Shown here in pieces: positions 29,070 through 38,702 of a stretch of 64,000 nucleotides of DNA. The translations under genes were made by a program, and so were the position numbers. The first letter of the stretch is position 1; the number at the start of each line of letters is the position of its first letter. Below the pieces are notes generated by a model. The model was not told where the DNA came from and did not search any database. It was given only the letters and a program-made list of their open reading frames with translations. This stretch comes from Candidatus Nomurabacteria bacterium (GTDB taxonomy: Bacteria > Patescibacteriota > Minisyncoccia > Phycocordibacterales > UBA9973), in the NCBI GenBank assembly GCA_016699365.1, contig CP064973.1, positions 575,161 through 639,160 on the forward strand, read 5' to 3'.

Positions 29070-29486
29070 TTGTTGTATAATAAGGATATGAAAGGATACA
29101 AAGACAATATAGAAAAATTAACACAAGAAAACGAAGCTTTTCGCAAGGTTTTATATACAGGCAAGCACTCACAGCTTGTATTGATGAGTCTTTTACCAGG
29201 TGAAGAGATTGGTCTTGAAGTGCACACTGAAAACGATCAATTTTTTAGATTTGAAAAGGGGAATGGTAAAGTGCTGATTGATGGCAATACTTATGATGTG
29301 ACTGACGGTGATGCTGTTGTTGTTCCAAGTGGCGCAGAACACAATGTTATAAATACTTCTGATACTGAAAGTTTAAAGCTGTACACAATATATTCTCCAG
29401 CTCATCACAAAGACGGAATCATACGTGAGACAAAAGCTATCGCCATGGCCGAAGAAGCAGAATTTGATGGAGTAACTACTGAATAA
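29070..29486 (+). CDS. cupin-domain protein
   Basis: GxxxxxHxH-like cupin motif 1 (GLEVHTEND) and motif 2 (VVVPSGAEHNVINT). Confidence 0.7.
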   Translation: MLYNKDMKGYKDNIEKLTQENEAFRKVLYTGKHSQLVLMSLLPGEEIGLEVHTENDQFFRFEKGNGKVLIDGNTYDVTDGDAVVVPSGAEHNVINTSDTESLKLYTIYSPAHHKDGIIRETKAIAMAEEAEFDGVTTE

Positions 29487-29497
29487 TCTAGATAGAG

Positions 29498-30748
29498 ATG
29501 AAAAGTAGTGAAATATACGATTGTATAGTAGTTGGAGGTGGTGCAAGTGGCATGATGGCTGCTGGAGTTGCTGCAGAGAACGGCAAGAGGGTGTTGATAC
29601 TTGAGAAGAATCAATCTCTCGGAGAAAAACTCAAGATTACTGGAGGCGGTAGATGTAACATAACAAATGCCGAAGAAGATCTGCGTACACTCCTAAAATC
29701 ATATGACTCATCGGCGGATTTTTTATTTTCGCCATTTTCACAATTTAGCAACAAGGATACTTTTACTTTTTTTGAAAAACTGGGCCTACCTATAGTAGTC
29801 CAAGCCCGCAAACGTGCATTCCCCGAAAGCGAGAAGGCTTATGATGTGTATCAAACACTCAAAAAATATATTGATAGAGGCAAGGTAGAAGTCAGACTCG
29901 GTGAAGCAGTGTTAAAGATTGTGCGCGATGGTAGTGGTAAAAATATTGCTAGTGTAAAGACAAAAGATGGAATATACAAATCCAAATCTTTTATATTTGC
30001 TACAGGAGGAGTTTCGCATCCAGAAACTGGTTCTACTGGCGATGGTTTCAAGTGGCTTCGTGATCTCGGTCATGAAGTTGTAAATCCTACACCTACAATC
30101 GTACCACTTAAGGTTCCAGAGAAATGGGTACACGAACTCGCGGGGGTTTCTATGTCTTTTATGAAAATAATATTTTATCTGGACGGCAAGAAGCAATTTT
30201 CAAAAACTGGCAAAGTACTCTTCACACACTTTGGTTTATCTGGACCACTGATTTTAAATAGTTCAAAAAAAGTTTCCGATTTACTACACAGCGGTATTGT
30301 AACTGCAAAGATAGATGCATACCCAGATACAGAACTTGGTGATTTGGAAAAGAAAATAATTAAAGTCTTTGACGCAAACAAAAACAAAGCTCTTAAAAAT
30401 GTTTTCAAGGATATAGTTCCACCAGGTATGACAAAGGGACTGGAAATGTTGTTCAAGGATATAGATTTTGATACAAAGGTTCACTCTATAACAAAAGAAG
30501 AACGTAAATACATAGTCCAGACTCTCAAAGCCCTACCTGTAACAATATCTGGCCTAATGGGCTATGACAGAGCTGTGGTGGCCGATGGAGGGGTTGTGTT
30601 GACCGAGATAGACACCAAGACTATGCGCTCCAAGCTTTACAACAATCTATATCTAACAGGAGACTTACTCCACATAAACAGGCCTTCGGGTGGCTTTTCA
30701 CTACAGCTTTGTTGGACGACTGGATATGTCGCAGGTAAAAATGTATAA
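29498..30748 (+). CDS. BaiN/HI0933-family NAD(P)/FAD-dependent flavoprotein
   Basis: DCIVVGGGASGMMAA dinucleotide-binding motif, ...KITGGGRCN...; 416 aa. Confidence 0.85.
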   Translation: MKSSEIYDCIVVGGGASGMMAAGVAAENGKRVLILEKNQSLGEKLKITGGGRCNITNAEEDLRTLLKSYDSSADFLFSPFSQFSNKDTFTFFEKLGLPIVVQARKRAFPESEKAYDVYQTLKKYIDRGKVEVRLGEAVLKIVRDGSGKNIASVKTKDGIYKSKSFIFATGGVSHPETGSTGDGFKWLRDLGHEVVNPTPTIVPLKVPEKWVHELAGVSMSFMKIIFYLDGKKQFSKTGKVLFTHFGLSGPLILNSSKKVSDLLHSGIVTAKIDAYPDTELGDLEKKIIKVFDANKNKALKNVFKDIVPPGMTKGLEMLFKDIDFDTKVHSITKEERKYIVQTLKALPVTISGLMGYDRAVVADGGVVLTEIDTKTMRSKLYNNLYLTGDLLHINRPSGGFSLQLCWTTGYVAGKNV

Positions 30749-30753
30749 AGAAA

Positions 30754-30786
30754 AAGCCCTCGCATGCGCAAGGGCTTTTGTTTTTA
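30754..30786. terminator. bidirectional terminator
   Basis: AGCCCT-CGCATGCGCA-AGGGCT followed by TTTGTTTTT; the convergent desaturase gene ends at 30784. Confidence 0.5.
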
Positions 30787-31845
30787 GGCGACGCCTAGTT
30801 TGTACAATGTTTTGAAGTGTGACCGTATGGCGCCAAAAAAGGATATTTTGTTGTAGGTTATATTGTGTTTCTTGCAAACACTTTCTACTATTCCTGACAT
30901 CTTTGGATAATGCACGTGAGATATGTTTGGAAATAGATGATGAACTGTTTGAAAATTCAAACCTCCTACTAACCAAGATATGACTTTGGAATTTACCGCA
31001 AAGTCTGAAGTTTCTCTAACTTGGCTCTCTGCCCAAGATACTTCAATCTTACCCGTTTCTTTATCTACCATAGGAAATGTGCTCGTCTCTACAACATGCG
31101 CTAGTTGAAATACTATTGATATTACAAATCCGCAAGTTACACCGCACACGCTAAAGCCGATTAACATAGGAACAAATCCAATCAATATCCAAGGTAAGAT
31201 TAGAAAAATAAAAGCATAACTTATCTTACTAACCCAAAATAACACGTGATCGAGTTTGCTCATTTTTATACTATGACCGTGAACTTTTCCCGAAAAGTAT
31301 TTTCTGAAATCCATGATTGCGACCCAGGATATATAGAGCAAGCAATACAAGAGTGGCGCATAAAATGCCTGGAAGCGATGAAAGAATAATTTTTTATGCT
31401 CATCTTTTAGTGTCCGAATCAGTGGATAGAAACTTATATCCTCATCGGCAACTGTATTTACATAAGAGTGATGCAGGACAACATGTTTCTTCTTCCATAG
31501 TGGACTTGAAGCACCTAGTAACTCAAGAGATCGGACCATGATTTCATTGACCCATCTCTTTTTTGAATATGCTCCATGTGATGCGTCGTGCATGATGTTG
31601 AATCCAACTCCTGCAAATACGAGTCCCAGTAGTGCACAAAGGAAAAGAGCAGCACCAGTACTATCAGGTGTATAGAAAACTATACATACATAGAGAACTG
31701 GTATTAGGATCAAGAAAAAAATAGTTTTAATACGCAGATTCCAATTCCCGTATTTTGAAATATTGTTTTTCTCAAAATAAGCATTGATTTCGCGAAGCAA
31801 ATCATTTTTGAATGAATTGTCGGTGTTGTTGTATTTTATATTCAT
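30784..31845 (-). CDS. membrane fatty-acid desaturase
   Basis: Three His boxes HDASH, HVVLHH, HHLFPNISHVH; four TM helices. Confidence 0.85.
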   Translation of the reverse strand: MNIKYNNTDNSFKNDLLREINAYFEKNNISKYGNWNLRIKTIFFLILIPVLYVCIVFYTPDSTGAALFLCALLGLVFAGVGFNIMHDASHGAYSKKRWVNEIMVRSLELLGASSPLWKKKHVVLHHSYVNTVADEDISFYPLIRTLKDEHKKLFFHRFQAFYAPLLYCLLYISWVAIMDFRKYFSGKVHGHSIKMSKLDHVLFWVSKISYAFIFLILPWILIGFVPMLIGFSVCGVTCGFVISIVFQLAHVVETSTFPMVDKETGKIEVSWAESQVRETSDFAVNSKVISWLVGGLNFQTVHHLFPNISHVHYPKMSGIVESVCKKHNITYNKISFFGAIRSHFKTLYKLGVA

Positions 31846-31931
31846 ATTCGGTTGTTTTAGAACGTTTAGAATTAAGTATACATTCTAAATTAATATCAAC
31901 AAATTATTTCAAAAATGTAATAATACTAAGT

Positions 31932-32336
31932 ATGAAAACTAGTGAAAAGATTAAATCTTTACGCCTACCAATTGGGGGGTATGTTGTAATAGGAAGTGCT
32001 TTAATGGAGGAGCTTGGGATTAGAAAGGCTGTTGATATTGATATTTCAGTGACAGAAGAACTATTTAATTCACTTAGGTCTAGTAACGCATGGAGGGAGG
32101 AAACCAGATATGGAAAGATTTTTTTGAAAAAAGATAACGTAGAAATAAATTCAGAACTTTCGTGGCAAGAATATAAAACTACTACACTAGATGCTATACA
32201 ATCAGCCACTTTTATTGACGGTGTCCCTTATATGAACATAGAGGAACTTAAAAAATTTAAAAAAGCACTTGGGCGTAAAAAAGATTTTAAAGACATAGAG
32301 TTGCTTATTAGTTATCAGGCAAAGGAGAATAATTGA
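31932..32336 (+). CDS. minimal nucleotidyltransferase-fold protein
   Basis: Start at MKTSEK; GGYVVIGSALMEELGIRKAVDIDISV matches the GS-X(n)-DxD nucleotidyltransferase motif. Confidence 0.5.
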   Translation: MKTSEKIKSLRLPIGGYVVIGSALMEELGIRKAVDIDISVTEELFNSLRSSNAWREETRYGKIFLKKDNVEINSELSWQEYKTTTLDAIQSATFIDGVPYMNIEELKKFKKALGRKKDFKDIELLISYQAKENN

Positions 32337-32376
32337 GCGCTCTTTTTATACTTGAGACTATATAAGTAAAAAAATA

Positions 32377-32408
32377 AATCCCCGTAAAATACGGGGATTG
32401 TTTTTATA
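32377..32408. terminator. bidirectional terminator
   Basis: AATCCCCGTA-AAA-TACGGGGATT (10-bp stem) followed by GTTTTTAT. Confidence 0.65.
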
Positions 32409-32919
32409 TTTGCTTTAGAGCAAGCAACAATGCGCTCACCAAGGTTTCTTTTCGAGTTATTTTACCTTTAGAGAGTATTGAGTGCGGGTCCTGATGGTCT
32501 CCGCCAAGCTTTTCTGCAATAACTCTGCCTACGGTATTTTTCTCAAACCCACGGCTTTTTGCTTCACGAACATATTGTTCGGGAAAAACTATACCCGGAG
32601 AAGAAACTACTATCTCGCGATCTTCTGGTGTTAAGACCACAATCATAGCAAATTCGAGTGTAAGTGAATTGTGAGCAAGGCGGATAATTCCATTTTCAAT
32701 ACCAATTGCGATAGTATCATCCGCTTTTTCTTTGGCTAGCTGTGCTCTGTTCAAAGCGCCAGCATATATTTCAGTAAAACCTGCTGGCTGTTCGTTCTGG
32801 CCAGAAGGAACCTTGACTGCACTTAAGATCAGATCAAGACCAAGTGTTTTGCAAGCTTCCTCTACAGCGCTTCTTTTTAGAGTGCTGGTGGTACCGAGTG
32901 TTATCTTTATTCCATTCAT
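32404..32919 (-). CDS. inosine/xanthosine triphosphatase (YjjX/DUF84 family)
   Basis: ...GFTEIYAGALNRA... and ...GKITRKETLVSALLLAL align with the YjjX motifs GSEETRAGARNR / AGKLTRASVYHQAVILAL. Confidence 0.7.
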   Translation of the reverse strand: MNGIKITLGTTSTLKRSAVEEACKTLGLDLILSAVKVPSGQNEQPAGFTEIYAGALNRAQLAKEKADDTIAIGIENGIIRLAHNSLTLEFAMIVVLTPEDREIVVSSPGIVFPEQYVREAKSRGFEKNTVGRVIAEKLGGDHQDPHSILSKGKITRKETLVSALLLALKQI

Positions 32920-33096
32920 ATGTTTACAATTTCGTCCATACAGTAAAGTATTATTTGAATTTTGTCAAATAAAGAGTTATCCAGTTACATATATACAAAC
33001 CCATACTAAATATTGTATAATTGTATTTGCTAGAGAACTTAATAATTAATTTAGTAAGCCAGCACATTAAAAGGTGTGTTTCGGCCAAAGTAAAAT

Positions 33097-33357
33097 ATGC
33101 CAGCAAAAAAAGCAAATTCTGCATTTATGAAACCTATGAATGTTAGTGAGGAACTAGCAGCTGTAGTAGGAAAGGGTCCAATGCCTCGTTCTGAGGTTGT
33201 AAAAGCTCTATGGGTATACATCAAGAAGAATGATCTTCAAGACCCAAAGAATAAGAGAAATATAATTGCAGATGCAAATCTAAAGGCTGTGTTTGGAGGG
33301 AAGGAAGTAGTGAACATGTTCGAAATGACAAAGCTCGTTTCAAAACACCTTTCATAA
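33097..33357 (+). CDS. SWIB/MDM2-domain protein
   Basis: 86 aa; ...LWVYIKKNDLQDPKNKRNIIADANLKAVFG...FEMTKLVSKHL is the canonical SWIB pattern. Confidence 0.8.
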   Translation: MPAKKANSAFMKPMNVSEELAAVVGKGPMPRSEVVKALWVYIKKNDLQDPKNKRNIIADANLKAVFGGKEVVNMFEMTKLVSKHLS

Positions 33358-33439
33358 TCACAATCTGTCTGTGCGAAATAAAAATAATCTCTTCTGGGGA
33401 TTATTTTTATTTTATCTACATAAAAGTTATATTTAACAT

Positions 33440-34006
33440 ATGAAAGAAATTTTAGCGATCTTAGGAGGAGTGATTGCAGTAGTGGGAAATATTCCATACC
33501 TAATTGATGTGTTGAAGCACAGAATTCAACCGCATCCATATACGTGGCTTGTTTGGACAATTGTATCGGGGGTAATATTTTTTGGCCAGATTGCGGGTGG
33601 TGCAGGCGTCGGAGCTATTCCAACCGGGGCTGCCGAAATTTTTACATTAATTATATTTTTATTCTCATTAAGATATGGATTTAAAAATATCAAGAAAACA
33701 GACACATATTTTTTAATCGCTGCACTTTTAGGTTTAATTCCGTGGGTTTTAAGTAAAGACCCAACCATATCTGTGATTATTGTGGTTTGTATAGACTTGA
33801 TTGCGTTTATTCCTACGCTTAGAAAAACATGGGAAAAGCCCAGCACAGAAACCCCAGTTTTATACAGCATGAATGTAGTAAGGCACATACTGACACTGTT
33901 TTCATTGCAGGCTTACAATATAGCAACAATGCTACATTCAATTTTTATGATAATTTTGAACACAATAATGGCAGGAATCATAATTGGAGGTAAATATAAG
34001 AAATAG
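33440..34006 (+). CDS. hypothetical integral membrane protein
   Basis: 188 aa, six predicted TM helices. Confidence 0.5.
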   Translation: MKEILAILGGVIAVVGNIPYLIDVLKHRIQPHPYTWLVWTIVSGVIFFGQIAGGAGVGAIPTGAAEIFTLIIFLFSLRYGFKNIKKTDTYFLIAALLGLIPWVLSKDPTISVIIVVCIDLIAFIPTLRKTWEKPSTETPVLYSMNVVRHILTLFSLQAYNIATMLHSIFMIILNTIMAGIIIGGKYKK

Positions 34007-34028
34007 TAAATATGCTATTATATATAGT

Positions 34029-34649
34029 ATGAAGATTGAAAAGCTTGAACAATCAGGGTTTATTTTTGAAACGGAAAATGGTTTTAGATTAGCCTTGGAT
34101 ATAGGCAGATTTACACCAATCGAAAAACTTGAAGGTGTAGAAGTAGACGCCTTCCTAGTTTCCCATATTCACGGAGATCATTTTTCGATTGATCACATAA
34201 GAGCACTTGGTCCAAAGAAGGTTTATGTGAACAATGAGTGTGAGGAAGCGCTCGGGGAAGATGTTTTACCTTTTGAGATTGTTACTATAAAAGATGGGGA
34301 CAATCTGAAGATAGGTGATATAGATCTAAAAGTTTTTAATGTGGATCATGGCCCAAATGTTTCTGCTCCACTAGAAGAGAACTTTGGATTTTTATTGGAA
34401 GTCGATTCAAAAAAAATATATTTTGCTGGAGATATGTTTTATGAATCAGGTATAGATGTTTCGAATTTAGAAGTTGACCTAGCACTTATTCCAGTTGGAG
34501 GATTTTATACTTTTGGACCAGAAGAGGCTTCTGTATTTATAAGAAAATTTAGCAAAATCAACGAAGTGGTATCTATGCATTATGACAAAACTCCTGAGAC
34601 AAAAATTAAATTCCTAGAACTTGCTGAATCTGATTTTAAAATATCTTAA
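34029..34649 (+). CDS. MBL-fold metallo-hydrolase
   Basis: Start at MKIEKL; HIHGDH (HxHxDH) zinc-binding motif. Confidence 0.75.
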   Translation: MKIEKLEQSGFIFETENGFRLALDIGRFTPIEKLEGVEVDAFLVSHIHGDHFSIDHIRALGPKKVYVNNECEEALGEDVLPFEIVTIKDGDNLKIGDIDLKVFNVDHGPNVSAPLEENFGFLLEVDSKKIYFAGDMFYESGIDVSNLEVDLALIPVGGFYTFGPEEASVFIRKFSKINEVVSMHYDKTPETKIKFLELAESDFKIS

Positions 34650-34654
34650 GTAAA

Positions 34655-34909
34655 ATGAAAATTGTCGTAAAAGCCAAGACAGGTTCGAAGGTAGAAAAAG
34701 TAGAGCGTATAACCGAAGAGCCGTTGGATCTTCCGGGGTTGGTGCGGGAGAGTCCAATCTACAAAGTGCTTGTAAAAGATGTCCCTGTTGATGGAAAAGC
34801 TAATCGCGCAATCATAAAAGCACTGTCTAAATATTTTGATGTCCCTCAAGGCAGAGTAAACCTCATCAAAGGAGAATCTTCAAAAACTAAAATCTTTGAA
34901 ATAAATTGA
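34655..34909 (+). CDS. DUF167 (YggU/UPF0235) family protein
   Basis: 84 aa; ...VLVKDVPVDGKANRAIIKALSKYFDVPQGRVNLIKGESSKTK... Confidence 0.7.
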   Translation: MKIVVKAKTGSKVEKVERITEEPLDLPGLVRESPIYKVLVKDVPVDGKANRAIIKALSKYFDVPQGRVNLIKGESSKTKIFEIN

Positions 34910-34939
34910 TTTAAAAATTAGAATTAACAAAAAATAATT

Positions 34940-35656
34940 ATGAATAAAAATAAAAAAATAATTTTAGCTGTTTGCGTGATTGTTGTTGCTGGGATACTAG
35001 GATATTTACTAATCAATAGACCTGCAAAAAACCAAGAGCCCGTGACAGACTCAAATGGTGGGATACAGCTTTGTTTTTACCGAGAAAATATAACATCAAG
35101 TAAGCTAATAGATAAGACTTGGCTAACAATGTATCTGAAGGGTACAGAAGTTACAGGTGAGCTTCACAATATCCCTGCCGAAAAAGATAGTAAAAGAGGG
35201 CCTTTTATTGGAAGTGTCGGGGATGTAGACAAGATGGCAATGGCACGCACAGCGGATGTATGGTGGGAAACAACAGGTGAGGGTATGACAAACAAGGAGC
35301 AACTATCTATAATATTTGGCGAAGGTGTTGCTAGTGTCGGTTTTGGGGAAATGGTAGATAGAGGTGATGGGATTTATGTATACAAAGATATAAATACAGT
35401 GGACTACAGCCTAGAACTAAATGATGTGTCTTGTGAAGACTTGTTTGAGAAGATTGTTGTAGAAGATTATATACGCAAGAACATATCTACAATATCTACA
35501 AAAGCACCAGTTTTAGGAGGATCCTGGTATGTTGTTAGTGTAGATATAAGTACATCCAAAGATACAGCAACAGTTGTGTACGAAGATGGACATGTTCAAG
35601 AATCAGAAAAATTCAAATATACACAGGAGGGCAATACTGTGAATATTGTTTATTAA
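34940..35656 (+). CDS. hypothetical secreted/anchored protein
   Basis: N-terminal signal anchor MNKNKKIILAVCVIVVAGILGYLLI; no recognised domain. Confidence 0.5.
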   Translation: MNKNKKIILAVCVIVVAGILGYLLINRPAKNQEPVTDSNGGIQLCFYRENITSSKLIDKTWLTMYLKGTEVTGELHNIPAEKDSKRGPFIGSVGDVDKMAMARTADVWWETTGEGMTNKEQLSIIFGEGVASVGFGEMVDRGDGIYVYKDINTVDYSLELNDVSCEDLFEKIVVEDYIRKNISTISTKAPVLGGSWYVVSVDISTSKDTATVVYEDGHVQESEKFKYTQEGNTVNIVY

Positions 35657-35823
35657 AATAAGTGTTAATATATATATTGTATTTATAAATTTAATTTTTA
35701 GAACATGGCAAAAGGAAACGAATCAAGAAGAAAAGAAAAAAAGAAGCCAAAGAAAGACAAGAAATAATTTGGTAAAAAGAAAAACCACTCGTGAGAGCGG
35801 TTTTTCTTTTCTAATCGGAGGTA

Positions 35824-36024
35824 TTATGCGCGTGCAACGTTTACAGCGCTTTTGCCTTTTGGTCCGTCTTCAACTTCGAATGACACAGTGTCACCTTGTC
35901 TTAGATCTGAGAAATCAACACCTGAAAGAGAGTTTGCGTGAAAGAAAAGATCTTTATCGAAACCTTCTGCAGTGATGAATCCAAAATTTTTACCATCTAC
36001 GAGTGTTTTTATAGTACCAGTCAT
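35824..36024 (-). CDS. cspA: cold-shock protein (CspA family)
   Basis: Start at MTGTIKT; cold-shock RNP motifs KNFGFI and DLFFHAN; 67 aa; a long structured 5' UTR lies upstream at 36025-36170. Confidence 0.9.
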   Translation of the reverse strand: MTGTIKTLVDGKNFGFITAEGFDKDLFFHANSLSGVDFSDLRQGDTVSFEVEDGPKGKSAVNVARA

Positions 36025-36220
36025 GAAAATTTTGCTAGCTAATAAAATTACAAATGAAAGGTATGTTTGAGAAATCGACTTATTTCGAACCACAACTTCT
36101 TTTGTATGTCAAGTATACAGGATAAAGCCTGTTCTGTCAAGGGGAAAACTACTTTTTATATCTAAAAGGGCATTATATGGTATAATTCTATGCACATTAC
36201 AAGTAACAAAATCACATTTT

Positions 36221-36595
36221 ATGGACACTATATTTCTAATCGGACGCATCATATTTGGAGGATATTTTATATATAACGGAGTAAATCACGTTTTTCACTA
36301 CAAAAACCTTACTGGATACGCAAAGATGAAAGGCGTACCAGCAGCTAGTTTTAGTGTTGTTTTATCAGGAATTATAATGTTACTTGGAGGATTGTCTGTA
36401 CTACTAAACATTAGAATGATACTTGGTTTTTGGTTGATAGTACTATTTTTGGTACCTACAACTTTTATTATGCATGCTTTTTGGAAAGAGAAAGATCCTA
36501 GTGCAAAAATGAATGAGACAATCGCTTTTACTAAAAATATGGCACTTATAGGAGCGAGCTTGATTATGATTGCTTCAGTTTTCGTTTCTTTCTAG
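36221..36595 (+). CDS. DoxX-family membrane protein
   Basis: RIIFGGYFIYNGVNHV N-terminal DoxX motif; four TM helices. Confidence 0.7.
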   Translation: MDTIFLIGRIIFGGYFIYNGVNHVFHYKNLTGYAKMKGVPAASFSVVLSGIIMLLGGLSVLLNIRMILGFWLIVLFLVPTTFIMHAFWKEKDPSAKMNETIAFTKNMALIGASLIMIASVFVSF

Positions 36596-36630
36596 GTTTT
36601 ATATATAAAATCTGATATAAAATAAAAACT

Positions 36631-37707
36631 ATGTCTAAAAAAGATTACTATGAGGTGCTTGGCGTATCAAAGACCGCCACAAAAGATGAGATCAAAAAAG
36701 CTTTTCACAAGCTAGCTCATAAATACCATCCTGATAAAAACAGTGGGGATGATTCGAAGTTCAAAGAAGCCAACGAAGCTTACCAGACACTTTCTGATGA
36801 AACAAAAAGAGCTCAGTACGACCAATTTGGTCAGAGTTTTCCAGGTGGCGGAGCAGGAGCTGGTGGATTTGGAGGTTTTGATTTCAATGGGGGTTTCCAA
36901 GGAGCCCAGGGTTTTGATATGGGAGATCTAAACGAAATATTCTCAGAATTCTTTGGAGGAGGAATGGGGCACGGTAGACAATCCAGAAGAGGTAGAGATA
37001 TCTCCACAGAACTAAGTATATCTTTTTATGAATCTGTTTTTGGAGTAAATCGTAAAATACTAATTACAAAAGTTTCTTCATGTAATACTTGTGAAGGTAG
37101 TGGTGCAAAAAAGGGTACTAGTACTGAAACTTGTAAGACTTGTAATGGAAATGGTCAGATCAGAGAAATGAAAAGATCTTTCTTGGGAACTATTAGTACA
37201 AATAGAGTATGTGATGATTGTGGAGGTAGTGGAAAAGTGCCAAAAGAAAAATGCGCAGATTGCCGTGGTGCTGGTGTGCGACGCCGTGAGGAAGAGGTTT
37301 CTATAAAGATTCCTAGTGGTATCCAGAACGGAGAGATGATACGCATGACAGGTATGGGAGAAGCTATATCTCATGGAGCAACAGGAGACTTATATATAAA
37401 AATAAACGTAACACCACATGCGACCTTTACTCGAGAAGGGTCAAATCTAAACATGAGTCTGAGTATAAAGCTTACTGACGCCTTACTCGGAGCTGATTAT
37501 AAAATTGAAACTTTAGACGGAGAGGTGACACTTAAAATACCCGAAGGGATTACTCATGGAGAGATTTTACGCATAAAAGAAAAAGGTGTACCAAAATCTC
37601 AAGGTAAAAGAGGGGATTTGCACATAAAAATTCTAATCAAATTCCCAAACAAATTAAATAAAAAAACACGTGAAAAAATAGAGGAATTAAGACAAGAGGG
37701 GTTATAA
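36631..37707 (+). CDS. dnaJ: molecular chaperone DnaJ
   Basis: J-domain with HPD (KYHPDKN), a Gly-rich linker, four CxxCxGxG zinc-finger repeats, C-terminal domain. Confidence 0.95.
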   Translation: MSKKDYYEVLGVSKTATKDEIKKAFHKLAHKYHPDKNSGDDSKFKEANEAYQTLSDETKRAQYDQFGQSFPGGGAGAGGFGGFDFNGGFQGAQGFDMGDLNEIFSEFFGGGMGHGRQSRRGRDISTELSISFYESVFGVNRKILITKVSSCNTCEGSGAKKGTSTETCKTCNGNGQIREMKRSFLGTISTNRVCDDCGGSGKVPKEKCADCRGAGVRRREEEVSIKIPSGIQNGEMIRMTGMGEAISHGATGDLYIKINVTPHATFTREGSNLNMSLSIKLTDALLGADYKIETLDGEVTLKIPEGITHGEILRIKEKGVPKSQGKRGDLHIKILIKFPNKLNKKTREKIEELRQEGL

Positions 37708-37732
37708 AATTAATTAATTAATAAATAAAAAT

Positions 37733-38668
37733 ATGCAAACTTGGTTTATATTAGCCGCAATCGTAGCACCGCTATGTTTTGCTCTTGTAAATATATCTGA
37801 TTCATATCTTGTAAAGCACGTTGCTCCTATAAAAGCACTCTTCCTATTTTCTGGATTGTTTACTTTTGTGGTTGCAATAGTCTTTCTTGTAATTAGTCTG
37901 TCTACTGGAATAGAGATAATACTACCAACATCTACGATCTTAATTCTTCTAGTATCTGGATTTCTGGAGTTTGTGTGGCTATGGTTTTATCTCAAAGCCC
38001 TAGACAATGAAGACGTTCCAGTATCATCAATCATTCCATTCTTTCAGCTAATAGGAGTTTTCATATACATACTAGGAATAATATTTCTGGACGAAAGACT
38101 TGCATTAGACAACCTGTTCTACGCTTTCTTGGTACTTCTAGGTGGAGCCTTGCTAACAATAGACTTCAAGGAGTTTAAATTTAGAGCTCGTGAGGCAGGG
38201 CTTATGAGTATAGCAGCTCTCATAATTGCACTCGGTTCTGTGTTCTTCAAGACTCAGGCGATGGATGACCTATCTCTTTTCCCGAGTGCAATGTTTTGGA
38301 TGAGCTTGGGTATGGCGATAACAGCTCTGGTTTGCTATATAGTTCTACCTAGTTTTAGAAAAGAACTCCATGATACTATGCGAGAAAATCGAAAGAGTAA
38401 AACTACAATCGCACTCAATATTTCAAATGAAGTATTTAATGCTATTGGTCTTGTGGCAGTAATGTACGCAAGCTTGAAAATTCAAATTGCACAAGTGTAT
38501 GCTGTAGGATCTTTACAATTTCTATACGTATTTTTAATTGGAGTGATTGGAACATTGTTGTTGCCAAAAATTTTCAATGAAAACTTATCGAAAGCAAGTC
38601 TTATACCAAAAATAATTGCAATTGTACTTATGATTGTCGGAGGCGCAATGCTTGAGATGCGAAACTAA
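37733..38668 (+). CDS. DMT-superfamily (EamA-like) transporter
   Basis: 311 aa, ten TM helices in two five-helix repeats. Confidence 0.55.
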   Translation: MQTWFILAAIVAPLCFALVNISDSYLVKHVAPIKALFLFSGLFTFVVAIVFLVISLSTGIEIILPTSTILILLVSGFLEFVWLWFYLKALDNEDVPVSSIIPFFQLIGVFIYILGIIFLDERLALDNLFYAFLVLLGGALLTIDFKEFKFRAREAGLMSIAALIIALGSVFFKTQAMDDLSLFPSAMFWMSLGMAITALVCYIVLPSFRKELHDTMRENRKSKTTIALNISNEVFNAIGLVAVMYASLKIQIAQVYAVGSLQFLYVFLIGVIGTLLLPKIFNENLSKASLIPKIIAIVLMIVGGAMLEMRN

Positions 38669-38675
38669 AACATAA

Positions 38676-38702
38676 AAAACCGCTCGTATGAGCGGTTTTT
38701 AC
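38676..38702. terminator. bidirectional terminator
   Basis: AACCGCTC-GTAT-GAGCGGTT followed by TTTACT; the convergent ATP-grasp gene ends at 38702. Confidence 0.65.

Noticed and set aside
35646-35975. 109-aa plus-strand ORF
   Set aside because: It overlaps the cold-shock gene and its terminator on the opposite strand, and is a poly-K/R/E low-complexity translation of an A-rich spacer.
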